This document shows positions 39,940 to 48,768 of a stretch of DNA of 64,000 nucleotides, piece after piece. Within the stretch, counting starts at the first letter, position 1. Each line of letters begins with the position of its first letter. This DNA is from Patescibacteria group bacterium (GTDB taxonomy: Bacteria; Patescibacteriota; Microgenomatia; UBA1400; MFAQ01). The stretch is taken from assembly GCA_943355005.1 (NCBI GenBank), contig CALRDV010000004.1, forward strand, positions 7,898 to 71,897, given 5' to 3'. The position numbers and the translations under genes are program-made. The notes beneath the pieces were generated by a model, which searched no databases, had not been told where the DNA came from, and saw nothing but the letters and a program-made list of their open reading frames with translations.

Positions 39940-41220
39940 TTTATTAGAGATATCAATAATTCAGAAAAAATTAACAGCAAATGGTCCTGGTTCAGAAAGC
40001 TTCTAGCTTTCTCCGGACCGGGATATCTAGTGGCTGTGGGCTACATGGATCCCGGCAATTGGGCTACAGATTTGGCTGGTGGGTCGATGTTCGGCTACAA
40101 ACTTCTTAGTGTGATTTTGATTTCCAATATGATTGCCATACTTTTACAGCATTTGGCAGCCAAGCTGGGTATCGTGACAAAAAAAGATTTGGCTCAGGCA
40201 TGTAAGGACTTTTATCCCAAAAAATATCATCGTTTTCTGTGGATCTTGGCAGAAGTAGCAATAATAGCTTGTGACTTGGCCGAAGTTATCGGATCGGCCA
40301 TAGCCCTTAACTTATTATTCAAAATTCCAATCTTGTTCGGAGTACTTATTACTTCCATGGATGCGTTCCTACTTCTTTTTTTACAAAACAAGGGAATTAG
40401 ATATCTAGAGGCTCTAATTATTTCTTTAATTGCATTGATCGTCGGATGCTTTGCTGTCGAAATGATTCTTTCCCAGCCGTCTATTCATGCTATTCTTGGG
40501 GGATTAATACCAAGCTCGGATATTATTAAGGATTCATCGATGCTTTATATTGCCATAGGTATTCTTGGCGCTACCGTAATGCCTCACAACCTGTATTTAC
40601 ACTCATCTCTAGTACAAAGCAGAAAAATTGGAGGATCTCAAAAAGCAAAAACAGAAGCCGTGAAATTTGCTACTATAGACTCCACCTTGGCATTAATAAT
40701 TGCCTCCTTTGTAAATGGGGCGATACTCGTTCTCTCGGCGTCTGTATTTCACAAAAACGGTATGAACGAAGTGGCAGAAATTCAAGAGGCGTACAAACTA
40801 CTCTCCCCTATTCTGGGAACATCTTTAGCAGGAACACTTTTTGCCGTTGCACTTTTAGCTTCGGGACACAACTCTACTGTGACCGGTACGATGGCGGGCC
40901 AGATAGTGATGGAAGGCTTTATGAACTTTAAATTAAAACCCTGGCAAAGGCGCTTGCTTACCAGGTCACTTGCCATTCTCCCGGCCATACTAGTGATATT
41001 AATCATGGGAGAACAATATCTAGGGAAATTGCTTGTTTTAAGTCAAGTAATTTTGAGCTTGCAGTTACCATTTGCTGTAATTCCGCTGGTTCAGTTTACT
41101 TCGAACAAAAAAATTATGAAGGGCTTCGTAAATTCCAATGTCATCAAAGCATTAGCCGGATTCGCTGCAATTACAATTACCGGGCTGAATATATGGATGC
41201 TTTACTCGATCGTGGCATGA
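39931..41220 (+). CDS. mntH: Nramp-family Mn2+ transporter
   Basis: YMDPGNW, GATVMPHNLYLHS, GTMAGQIVMEGF. Confidence 0.96.
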   Translation: MSNFIRDINNSEKINSKWSWFRKLLAFSGPGYLVAVGYMDPGNWATDLAGGSMFGYKLLSVILISNMIAILLQHLAAKLGIVTKKDLAQACKDFYPKKYHRFLWILAEVAIIACDLAEVIGSAIALNLLFKIPILFGVLITSMDAFLLLFLQNKGIRYLEALIISLIALIVGCFAVEMILSQPSIHAILGGLIPSSDIIKDSSMLYIAIGILGATVMPHNLYLHSSLVQSRKIGGSQKAKTEAVKFATIDSTLALIIASFVNGAILVLSASVFHKNGMNEVAEIQEAYKLLSPILGTSLAGTLFAVALLASGHNSTVTGTMAGQIVMEGFMNFKLKPWQRRLLTRSLAILPAILVILIMGEQYLGKLLVLSQVILSLQLPFAVIPLVQFTSNKKIMKGFVNSNVIKALAGFAAITITGLNIWMLYSIVA

Positions 41221-41236
41221 CATATAATGCTAACAA

Positions 41237-41611
41237 ATGAAGAAGTCACTCTCAGAACCAAATGAGGATTATCTGGAAAGAATTTGTGAACTTTTGGATA
41301 CAAAAAGCTATGCAAGAGTGTCCGATATCGCGGAAGAGCTAAAGGTAAAGCCGGCTTCGGTCACCTCTATGCTTCAAAAACTGGAAAACGATGGATATGT
41401 CATCCGGGAAGCTTACCGAGGTTTCTCAATGACCACTAAAGGTATCGAGATTGGTAAGAAAATCCAAAAAAGGCATGAGGTCCTAAATCGATTCTTAAGA
41501 TTTTTGAAAGTTGATGAATCTGTAATTGCCGGAGACATCGATGGTCTGGAGCATCACTTAAGTGACCAAACTCTGAAAAAGCTAGAAGAGTTCCTAGAAC
41601 AAAGCAAATAA
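41237..41611 (+). CDS. mntR: DtxR/MntR-family metal-dependent regulator
   Basis: EDYLERI, ARVSDIA HTH, RHEVL, LEHHLS. Confidence 0.9.
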   Translation: MKKSLSEPNEDYLERICELLDTKSYARVSDIAEELKVKPASVTSMLQKLENDGYVIREAYRGFSMTTKGIEIGKKIQKRHEVLNRFLRFLKVDESVIAGDIDGLEHHLSDQTLKKLEEFLEQSK

Positions 41612-41629
41612 GGGTAAAATAGAGGTATT

Positions 41630-41702
41630 GCCGGGGTAGCTCAGCTGGTAGAGCGGCGGTATCGTAAACCGCAGGTAGTGGGTCCGAGTCCCACCCCCGG
41701 CT
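41630..41702 (+). tRNA. tRNA-Thr (CGU)
   Basis: GCCGGGG/CCCCGGC acceptor stem, GCGGT-ATCGTAA-ACCGC anticodon arm; T-loop TCCGAGT. Confidence 0.9.
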
Positions 41703-41750
41703 CTAAAATATTATTTTTCCCTTGCGGAAAAATAATAATTTTGACAATTT

Positions 41751-41831
41751 GGGTGGGACGAGGAATGCCGGAGCCGAACCCGTAACGGTTTCGGCGAGGC
41801 CGGTCTCGAACAAAAGTGAGGGGAGTCCCAC
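41751..41831 (+). repeat. tRNA-associated structured element, copy D
   Basis: GGGTGGGAC is the reverse complement of tRNA-Thr GTCCCACCC; ends GAGTCCCAC; core nearly identical to copy C. Confidence 0.75.
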
Positions 41832-41875
41832 AAATTAAGGGTAGGGTCCCAAAAATAGTTAGAGTAAAATTAACC

Positions 41876-42538
41876 ATGGATGATTTGAATAAGACACAAA
41901 TAATTGCAAATACAGAGGAGTTTGTTAAGGGAAAGTTACTTGGTGAAGGGTCTGGCCATGATTGGTGGCATATTAAGAGAGTCTGGGATTTGGCAAAAAA
42001 TATATCTAAAAATGAAAATACTGATATATTTGTAGTGGAATTAGGCGCGTTACTTCATGACATAGCCGATTGGAAATTTAACGATGGTGATGAATCAATT
42101 GGTCCCAGATTGGCAGAAGAATGGCTTATAAGTCAAGGAGTTGATGGGAGAATTATTCAAACTGTCAAAGAGGCTATTGAGGACGTGTCGTTTAAAGGTG
42201 CTGGTGTTACAAAGAAGAATAGATCAAAAGAGGGTGAAGTTATACAAGACGCAGACAGACTAGATGCGATAGGGGCAATTGGAATTGCAAGATGTTTTGC
42301 GTATGGTGGTTTTAAGGGTAGAGAAATATACAACCCTGATATTAAACCTGTGTTAGATCAAACCTCGGAAGAATATAAGAAAAACTCTGCACCATCGCTT
42401 AATCACTTTTATGAAAAATTACTTTTACTAAAGAATCTGATGAATACGGAAACCGGTAAACGGATTGCCAATGATCGACATAAGTTTATGGAAATTTATC
42501 TTCAAGAATTTTTTTCTGAATGGGACGGAAAAAGGTAA
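41876..42538 (+). CDS. HD-domain phosphohydrolase (YedJ-like)
   Basis: GHDWWHI.RV, LLHDIAD, QDADRLDAIGAIGIAR, HFYEKLL. Confidence 0.92.
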   Translation: MDDLNKTQIIANTEEFVKGKLLGEGSGHDWWHIKRVWDLAKNISKNENTDIFVVELGALLHDIADWKFNDGDESIGPRLAEEWLISQGVDGRIIQTVKEAIEDVSFKGAGVTKKNRSKEGEVIQDADRLDAIGAIGIARCFAYGGFKGREIYNPDIKPVLDQTSEEYKKNSAPSLNHFYEKLLLLKNLMNTETGKRIANDRHKFMEIYLQEFFSEWDGKR

Positions 42539-42575
42539 TTTAAGTGCAATTAAAGCCCAAGGAGTAAAATTAACC

Positions 42576-42992
42576 ATGATTGATTTAAAGAAGAAAATTG
42601 AAAAAGACATGAGGTCTGTAGAAAAGCAGATCAAACAGGCGGCGACCGAACGTGATGAAAGTGCTACACCAACTGAATCTACTCATGATCAAACCCGCCA
42701 GATTGCGAATCAGCTTTATAATTCCTTACTGGAGGAGAGGAAAAAACTGGGAGAAATTTTGGGCCTGGCCGGTAATTACAACACCGTAGTAAGAATCGGA
42801 AATCTAACCACCGGAACTACTCAAAAATATTTCGTTGTACCGAATGGTCTGGGAGGGACATCCGAAGGAGATATTATTCTACTGAGTGAGAAGACACCTT
42901 TAGCCAAAACGATCTCGGGCAGGAAGCCTGGGTCAGAGTTTGAACTGAATGGGCAAAAACTAAGGATAGAGAAGATTGAGGAGAATAAATAA
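42576..42992 (+). CDS. GreA/GreB-like protein
   Basis: N-terminal coiled coil with acidic tip; C-terminal LSEKTPLAKTI.G...G..F. Confidence 0.6.
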   Translation: MIDLKKKIEKDMRSVEKQIKQAATERDESATPTESTHDQTRQIANQLYNSLLEERKKLGEILGLAGNYNTVVRIGNLTTGTTQKYFVVPNGLGGTSEGDIILLSEKTPLAKTISGRKPGSEFELNGQKLRIEKIEENK

Positions 42993-43001
42993 TTTCCGGA
43001 T

Positions 43002-43026
43002 GGATTCCGGGTCAAGTCCAGAATAC
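43002..43026. repeat. REP-like palindrome (degenerate)
   Basis: GGATTCCGGGTCAAGTCCAGAATAC. Confidence 0.6.
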
Positions 43027-43028
43027 GA

Positions 43029-43796
43029 TTACTTTTTTAGACTTAGCGCTTTTGCCAGTTGGACAGATCTCTGTTTGTAAGCACAGTATTCACACTCGTG
43101 TGCCGGTGCAGGGATAGTGTCTGAATTTAAGAGCTCTCTTATTTCCAATAAAGTCAGCTCTATCCAATCAGGATTACCTTCATAAGGAAGAATAGACATC
43201 TCGAATTCTAGTTTTCCGTCGAACTTAGGTAAATTTTTCTTGGCGTTGGCAAAAACAAAATAACCTGTTTTAGAAACCGCAAAGCCAAGTTTGCGGAAAA
43301 TCCATTGGTAAATCTCTATTTGGCGTTTATAAGACTGCTTCCACTCATCGTCCAATGAAGGTGTTTTTGCCGAAGCAGTGGATTTGTAATCAACCATCAC
43401 CAGATTTTCTTTACTGTCTTGCCAAATATCATCCACCAAACCATTGATCATTAGATTTGATTTTTCATCCAAAACTAAAGCTCCAACGTAGGCTGTCACT
43501 TCTCCGCGCCACTTTGGCAAATCCGGGTGACTAAAAGGAATCGCGTCAATGGCATACTTTTCTATTAGCTCGTGCTTCTCGCCATTTTTACGCAATAAAT
43601 CGAATTCATTTTTAAGAAGATTATCGACCGCGGAATTTAGTGTGTAGGGCGGTGTAGAGGGCCTGGAAAGACCAAGGCGAACATCCATGTAGAAACATCG
43701 AGGACACTGCGTATAAAGCTCGATTTTGGAGCGACTGATTTGAAAAGGCTCTTTGGATTTGGGGTCGAACTTACCTCTAGTTTTCTGATAGTACAT
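43029..43796 (-). CDS. PD-(D/E)XK nuclease (RecB/Cas4-like)
   Basis: SRSKI...CPRCFY, GLVDD, VDYKST, QIEIY, CEYC. Confidence 0.85.
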   Translation of the reverse strand: MYYQKTRGKFDPKSKEPFQISRSKIELYTQCPRCFYMDVRLGLSRPSTPPYTLNSAVDNLLKNEFDLLRKNGEKHELIEKYAIDAIPFSHPDLPKWRGEVTAYVGALVLDEKSNLMINGLVDDIWQDSKENLVMVDYKSTASAKTPSLDDEWKQSYKRQIEIYQWIFRKLGFAVSKTGYFVFANAKKNLPKFDGKLEFEMSILPYEGNPDWIELTLLEIRELLNSDTIPAPAHECEYCAYKQRSVQLAKALSLKK

Positions 43797-43887
43797 GGTG
43801 CCATGTTAGCACATTGATGGAGGGGGATCCCTCGACTTCGCTCAGATAGACCGCTATAATCATATGTTGATAAATCAAGAAAAATAT

Positions 43888-45291
43888 ATGAATAAACTTA
43901 CTAAAATCGTCGCAACCTTGGGCCCCACCAGCGATTCGGAGGAAAAAATTGAAAAATTAATCGAAGCAGGAGTAAATGTTTTCCGATTTAATACTAAGCA
44001 CGGTACTTCGCAATGGCACCAGGAGAGAATCTCCAGAGTCCAGAAAATTGCCGACAAAATGAAGGTGAATGTGGGAGTTCTTCTTGATTTACAAGGACCC
44101 GAAATCAGACTGGAAACTTTTGACAAGCTACCATTTGCGATTAAGAAAGATCAGATTGTTAGATTTACACCTTCCTTTACCGATGGTGGAAATAGTATTT
44201 GTATTCCCCATGAACTGGTTTTCGAATCTCTCTCGCCAAATGACCAAATACTTATTGATGATGGAGCCGTAGAACTTATCGTAGAGAAAGCCAGTAATGA
44301 TTTGATAGAAGCCAGAGTTCTGGAAGATGGTGAGATTGGTCATCGTAAAGGAGTAAACCTTCCCGGAGTAGAGATACCACTCCCCTCTTTGATTCAGGAA
44401 GATTTGATGAAGCTAGACATGGCGGCAAATAATAAAGTGGATTTTGTGGCTTTGTCATTTAGTAGGACCAGAAAAGATATCGATATTCTCAGACTGGAGA
44501 TGACCAAGAGGAATTTTAATGCCATGATTGTAGCCAAAATAGAAAGCCAGCAAGCGCTGACTAATATCGACGAGCTGATTGCAGCTGCCGATGTAATTAT
44601 GGTGGCCAGAGGAGACCTGGGAACCGAAGTGCCAATTGAGCAGCTTGCTTACTGGCAAAAAATAATTATTTCCAAATGTCGTGCAGCCAACAAGCCTGTA
44701 ATTACAGCGACTCAAATGCTCCAGTCTATGACAACCAATCCGAGACCAACGAGAGCCGAAGCGACCGATGTAGCGAATGCGGTACTAGATGGAACAGATG
44801 CCGTAATGCTATCGGGTGAAACCGCCAGCGGTAAATATCCGGTAAAAGCTGTTCAAGCCATGGCAAGAATTGCAGTTTTCAACGAAAAGACTAATACTTT
44901 TCCTGATTTTAAGGTAGAGCCTTCCAGCCAAACAGATATTATTGTGAATGCCACCAAGGAGCTTTTAAGTCAGAAATTTGTAGAAATTAAACTTATCTTG
45001 GTGTTTACCAGTACAGGAAGGACCGCCAGATCCATATCTAGATTAAGACCCAACGTGCCAATTATTTCGGTAACGGCTGACCAAAAGGTGGTGGAAGAGC
45101 TTACAATCTCCTACGGAATTGAAGGATTTAAGTCGCTACTTAGAGAGGGAGACTTTACCCTGCCAAACAAAACGACTGATGATTTGGTCGCCTCCGGCAG
45201 GATTAAGGTAGGTGACACCATCATTGTGGTCCACGGTCAAAACTTCTACAAAGAAGGTTCGACAAACGCCGTGGCTCTGCTCAAGATTTAG
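43888..45291 (+). CDS. pyk: Pyruvate kinase
   Basis: TKIVATLGP, DLQGPEIR, MVARGDLG, ATQML.SM, DAVMLSGETA; start could be 43864. Confidence 0.97.
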   Translation: MNKLTKIVATLGPTSDSEEKIEKLIEAGVNVFRFNTKHGTSQWHQERISRVQKIADKMKVNVGVLLDLQGPEIRLETFDKLPFAIKKDQIVRFTPSFTDGGNSICIPHELVFESLSPNDQILIDDGAVELIVEKASNDLIEARVLEDGEIGHRKGVNLPGVEIPLPSLIQEDLMKLDMAANNKVDFVALSFSRTRKDIDILRLEMTKRNFNAMIVAKIESQQALTNIDELIAAADVIMVARGDLGTEVPIEQLAYWQKIIISKCRAANKPVITATQMLQSMTTNPRPTRAEATDVANAVLDGTDAVMLSGETASGKYPVKAVQAMARIAVFNEKTNTFPDFKVEPSSQTDIIVNATKELLSQKFVEIKLILVFTSTGRTARSISRLRPNVPIISVTADQKVVEELTISYGIEGFKSLLREGDFTLPNKTTDDLVASGRIKVGDTIIVVHGQNFYKEGSTNAVALLKI

Positions 45292-45385
45292 CCATTTGCC
45301 ATATTTCATACAGATTGGTTGACAGTATAGCCTCAAAGATGTAGTATATGGGTTATCTGATTTCAGTTCTTTGAGAGGAGCAATA

Positions 45386-45763
45386 ATGATGAATCTTTCA
45401 TCTTCCAGTTTGATGGTCAACAGCGAATTAACGCTGGAGACTATCCGAAAATTTGAGTTGGAATGGGGTGAACTAAGAAAGTATTTTTATCGGGGTTTGT
45501 ATTGCAATTCGTTTCTTCCTCTTAACTATTTGAAGGAAATGGTGAACCTTGGACTTCCGGTAGCAAAAGATTGTTATAAATATTACGTATTGGTGTCCTT
45601 GTCCGGCGCACTCTATGATTCGAATACAGACGCGCCTAATAATGTATTCTTTAAGTTAACAATTTTCAAGATTTTGCACCACATTTATCCAGGTATCTCC
45701 AAAGAAGAAAGAAATGCAAAGTTTATCAACCTTTTAAGCTTAATTATGATGCTGAAAGTTTAA
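45386..45763 (+). CDS. Hypothetical protein
   Basis: ORF with GAGGAG RBS and downstream terminator (about 45772-45796). Confidence 0.5.
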   Translation: MMNLSSSSLMVNSELTLETIRKFELEWGELRKYFYRGLYCNSFLPLNYLKEMVNLGLPVAKDCYKYYVLVSLSGALYDSNTDAPNNVFFKLTIFKILHHIYPGISKEERNAKFINLLSLIMMLKV

Positions 45764-45794
45764 AATGACGTCAGGCTCCCTATCGGGAGCTTTT

Positions 45795-46904
45795 TTATGG
45801 CTCGAGGAGGTCTAGGCCTTTGACGGAAGGGAGTGACTGGCCGGCGACACCCTGAATACTGCCATAGATACCGGCGGTACTCATGATGATTCGCTCTGCT
45901 TGAGCTTCTCTCTCTTTCCAAATCTTTTCGAAGGCAGCTCGCTCTTTGGAAATCTGGAGTTGCATATTTTGATGCACCTCGATAATACTTTGGATTTGCT
46001 GAACAAAGGCGTCACTTGTGAGATAGGTATAAATCATATCGGCTTTGGTTCCCCTATCCTGGCCATTATGCTTTTCTCTGGCAATATCAATCAAATTCTT
46101 TCGAAGAATTTCAGCCAAGGGCTGAACATACTTTGGCTCGGCTACCCAGACTCCTTGGAAAAAACCAAAGCCGGATTTCACTTCTTTGGGCAAGACAGTC
46201 GTGATGATGACCGGGATGTTCGCTTTGGAAGCACGCAAATCATCTTTTAGTTTGACTGCCCAATCATCTACCCAGGCTTTGGTACGTTTTGATTCCCACA
46301 AAATTACACCACAGGTAGTGCCAAGATTGGTACGGACCACTTGGCTGATATCTGCACCCCTCACACCTTTACCCACGGGATTAATTTCGTCATGAGGAAA
46401 GGCGGTGTGTAGATATTCTTCCAGATCCAGCTCTTGTACCTCTCCTTGGAGCTGTTGGGAACCTTGATTGGCTTTTAACTGGGCATCTTCTAGAGATTTT
46501 TTGAGATCGTTAATCATTTTCTCTTTCTCCAAATCTTTCAGCCGGTGAGCATCACTGGCTTCCAATAAAGTTTGTTGACGGATTTTGTCCCTCTCCTGAT
46601 CAAGTTGCTTTTGCTTTTCCAGCTCAAAATTTTTCTTTTCATCTTCCAGTTTCAGTTTCTCCTGATGCATTTTTAATGCTTCGGCTCTAGCTTCAGATAA
46701 TTTTTGGTCTTTAAATTTTAGTTCTTCTTCTATTAATTTAGTTTTATCCGCCAATTGAACTCGAACTTTTTCTTCAGATTCTTTTTCGAATTTTATCTTT
46801 AATTCTTCTCTATCTTTCTCGAGCTGCTCCTTATTAGACTGGCTCATGGCATCCGAGATTTCGAACTCTTCTCCGCATTTGGGGCATTTTATTTGATTGG
46901 GCAT
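45795..46904 (-). CDS. DUF2130 domain-containing protein
   Basis: IKCPKCG, coiled coil, SQQLQGEVQE, FPHD.I..V.KG..GAD, ILWESKRTK. Confidence 0.85.
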   Translation of the reverse strand: MPNQIKCPKCGEEFEISDAMSQSNKEQLEKDREELKIKFEKESEEKVRVQLADKTKLIEEELKFKDQKLSEARAEALKMHQEKLKLEDEKKNFELEKQKQLDQERDKIRQQTLLEASDAHRLKDLEKEKMINDLKKSLEDAQLKANQGSQQLQGEVQELDLEEYLHTAFPHDEINPVGKGVRGADISQVVRTNLGTTCGVILWESKRTKAWVDDWAVKLKDDLRASKANIPVIITTVLPKEVKSGFGFFQGVWVAEPKYVQPLAEILRKNLIDIAREKHNGQDRGTKADMIYTYLTSDAFVQQIQSIIEVHQNMQLQISKERAAFEKIWKEREAQAERIIMSTAGIYGSIQGVAGQSLPSVKGLDLLEP

Positions 46905-46961
46905 TTTATTATTATATTCGGTATTTGTTAGGGTTTGCAAGAGCAGTGTTAGAATACGAGC

Positions 46962-47429
46962 ATGACAAGCTTTAGTGAAAGAGCAGCAAGAGTATATGGG
47001 ACGGGAGAGAAAAAACCGGAGCAAAATGTGTCCTGGATTCCAAAAAAGGCAACTGGGGGTCCTCTAGCTCAGTTTAAGAAAGAGCATCTGGACGAAAACT
47101 ACCTAAGCCAAGTCCGAGCAGAGGAAATCCTAACTAGCCAACACAAGCCTGGAGAAATCTTTGAGATGGTGAAGGAAATGCTGGAAATTATTTGTCACAC
47201 AGATGAGATAGATACCCAGCTAGCCAACTTTCACGAATCCTATGGAAAGTTTTATGAAAAATATGAAGGTTTACTTGTCCAAGCGATAGAAGAGTTTATT
47301 GAGGATAAAATCAACTTCCTGGTCTATTCGGGCCATATCGATAAAGAAATCCTAAAAGGAAAGATAAAGGAAATTGAGCAAAGGAAGAGACGGGAAAAAA
47401 GAGAGCATAGAGAAGCGGCAAATCAATAG
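46962..47429 (+). CDS. Hypothetical protein
   Basis: 155 aa ORF preceded by TAGAAT. Confidence 0.55.
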   Translation: MTSFSERAARVYGTGEKKPEQNVSWIPKKATGGPLAQFKKEHLDENYLSQVRAEEILTSQHKPGEIFEMVKEMLEIICHTDEIDTQLANFHESYGKFYEKYEGLLVQAIEEFIEDKINFLVYSGHIDKEILKGKIKEIEQRKRREKREHREAANQ

Positions 47430-47728
47430 CCTCGCATCTTCTCGATGTATTTTTTGACTTGTCTTTTGGCTTGATTCCTGACACGAACAACACCGTCCAT
47501 GAGAACCTTGTGGGTATCTTTGATGTTTATGGGAGAACCTGGTAAATTCATGTCGAACTTAATCTCGTAGCCGGAGCGGGTAACCTTTTCAATAGAGAGC
47601 GAGGCAATCTTTAGATCTTCTTGGTAGTTTTTTAAGAGCTTGCCTAACCCTTGGTCGAATTTTGTTTTTATCCTTTGTCGAAATCTTTCGCTGAGTGATA
47701 ACTTTTGGGGATTGAAAACTATGTTCAT
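47423..47728 (-). CDS. HPF/RaiA-like ribosome hibernation factor
   Basis: About 100 aa, beta-alpha-beta-beta-beta-alpha pattern, C-terminal RQVKKY.EK. Confidence 0.6.
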   Translation of the reverse strand: MNIVFNPQKLSLSERFRQRIKTKFDQGLGKLLKNYQEDLKIASLSIEKVTRSGYEIKFDMNLPGSPINIKDTHKVLMDGVVRVRNQAKRQVKKYIEKMRGY

Positions 47729-47750
47729 AGTATTGATTGTAATACAACAG

Positions 47751-47814
47751 ATGAATCCCCGCTTTCGCAAGGAAGACGGTGGAGTGAGATTGCCGCGGAG
47801 TACCTCGCAATGAC
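47751..47814. repeat. REP-like composite repeat
   Basis: ATCCCCGCTTTCGCAAGGAAGAC plus GAGATTGCCGC...CGCAATGAC. Confidence 0.65.
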
Positions 47815-47844
47815 GAAGAGTGAAATATATTTTATAATGAAATA

Positions 47845-48768
47845 GTGAAAACATTTTTGAGGCTCTTGTTATTTTTTGTTTGTGCGGGAATCGTGGTTTA
47901 TGGTGCTCAAAATATACCTTTAGGTGATTTTGGCAAACAATTGATAAGCCCAAAAATCTATCTCCAGAGAAACAGTTCTAAATTTCTTCAAGATTGGACT
48001 AGGGAAGATATACTGTCGAAAATCAACACAGCAAGAGAAAAGGAAGGCTTTTCCAGAGTAACAATAAACGATAAACTGAACAAGGCAGCTCTCAACAGAA
48101 TGTCTGTAATATTGTCAGAAAATGATTATGATGGTACTCTAACCGGTGTGACAAGAGAGGCATCGATAAAAAGTGCGGGGTATGATGCGAATCTTATTGG
48201 AGATGTTGTGTTAATGGACTTTTTCAAAACCAACGATCCGATCTTGGAATGGGAATCAGACAGTGTCACTAGAGGTACCTTGATGCATCCTGATTTTAAA
48301 AATGTAGGTATCGCGATAAAAAATGATCAAGATACCGTAAGTGTGTATGTAATTTTTGTATCCCCACAAAAAGTAATTCCGGCGCCGGTTGTAAAGAAGA
48401 TTACTTGGGGTGGACCCGATTTGTGGTCATCTGTCAACAAGAGAAGAGTTGAGCTTGGGGTAAACCCCTTAAACAAGAAAGACGAACTCTGCACTATCGC
48501 CTCCATAAGACTAAACCAGCTACTGGAATTAAAAAAGCTGGACGGTCATGCAGGCTTTGTACCAACCCTAGACAGAGAAGATTTGAAATGGATTTCTCAA
48601 AAATATAATATTAGTGAATTCCTTGCCCAAGGTTACGATACTCCAACAGATACAGTGGCTGCCTGGGAAAACACACTTGGTCACAAGGCGTTACTTTCCG
48701 GAGGTGAATATGTCTGGGGTTGTGTGTACGCTCAAAATACTTTCGCAGTCGCCATCGCAGCGTATTAG
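47845..48768 (+). CDS. Tandem CAP (SCP) domain protein
   Basis: Two IN..R...G...L repeats; W.NTLGHKALL. Confidence 0.8.
   Translation: MKTFLRLLLFFVCAGIVVYGAQNIPLGDFGKQLISPKIYLQRNSSKFLQDWTREDILSKINTAREKEGFSRVTINDKLNKAALNRMSVILSENDYDGTLTGVTREASIKSAGYDANLIGDVVLMDFFKTNDPILEWESDSVTRGTLMHPDFKNVGIAIKNDQDTVSVYVIFVSPQKVIPAPVVKKITWGGPDLWSSVNKRRVELGVNPLNKKDELCTIASIRLNQLLELKKLDGHAGFVPTLDREDLKWISQKYNISEFLAQGYDTPTDTVAAWENTLGHKALLSGGEYVWGCVYAQNTFAVAIAAY

Noticed and set aside
41641-41877. 78 aa minus-strand ORF and upstream extension of the HD gene
   Set aside because: Overlap tRNA-Thr and element D.
47729-47953. N-terminal extension of the HPF-like ORF
   Set aside because: Reads through REP-like repeats and the divergent CAP gene; ATG 47728 has its own -10-like box.
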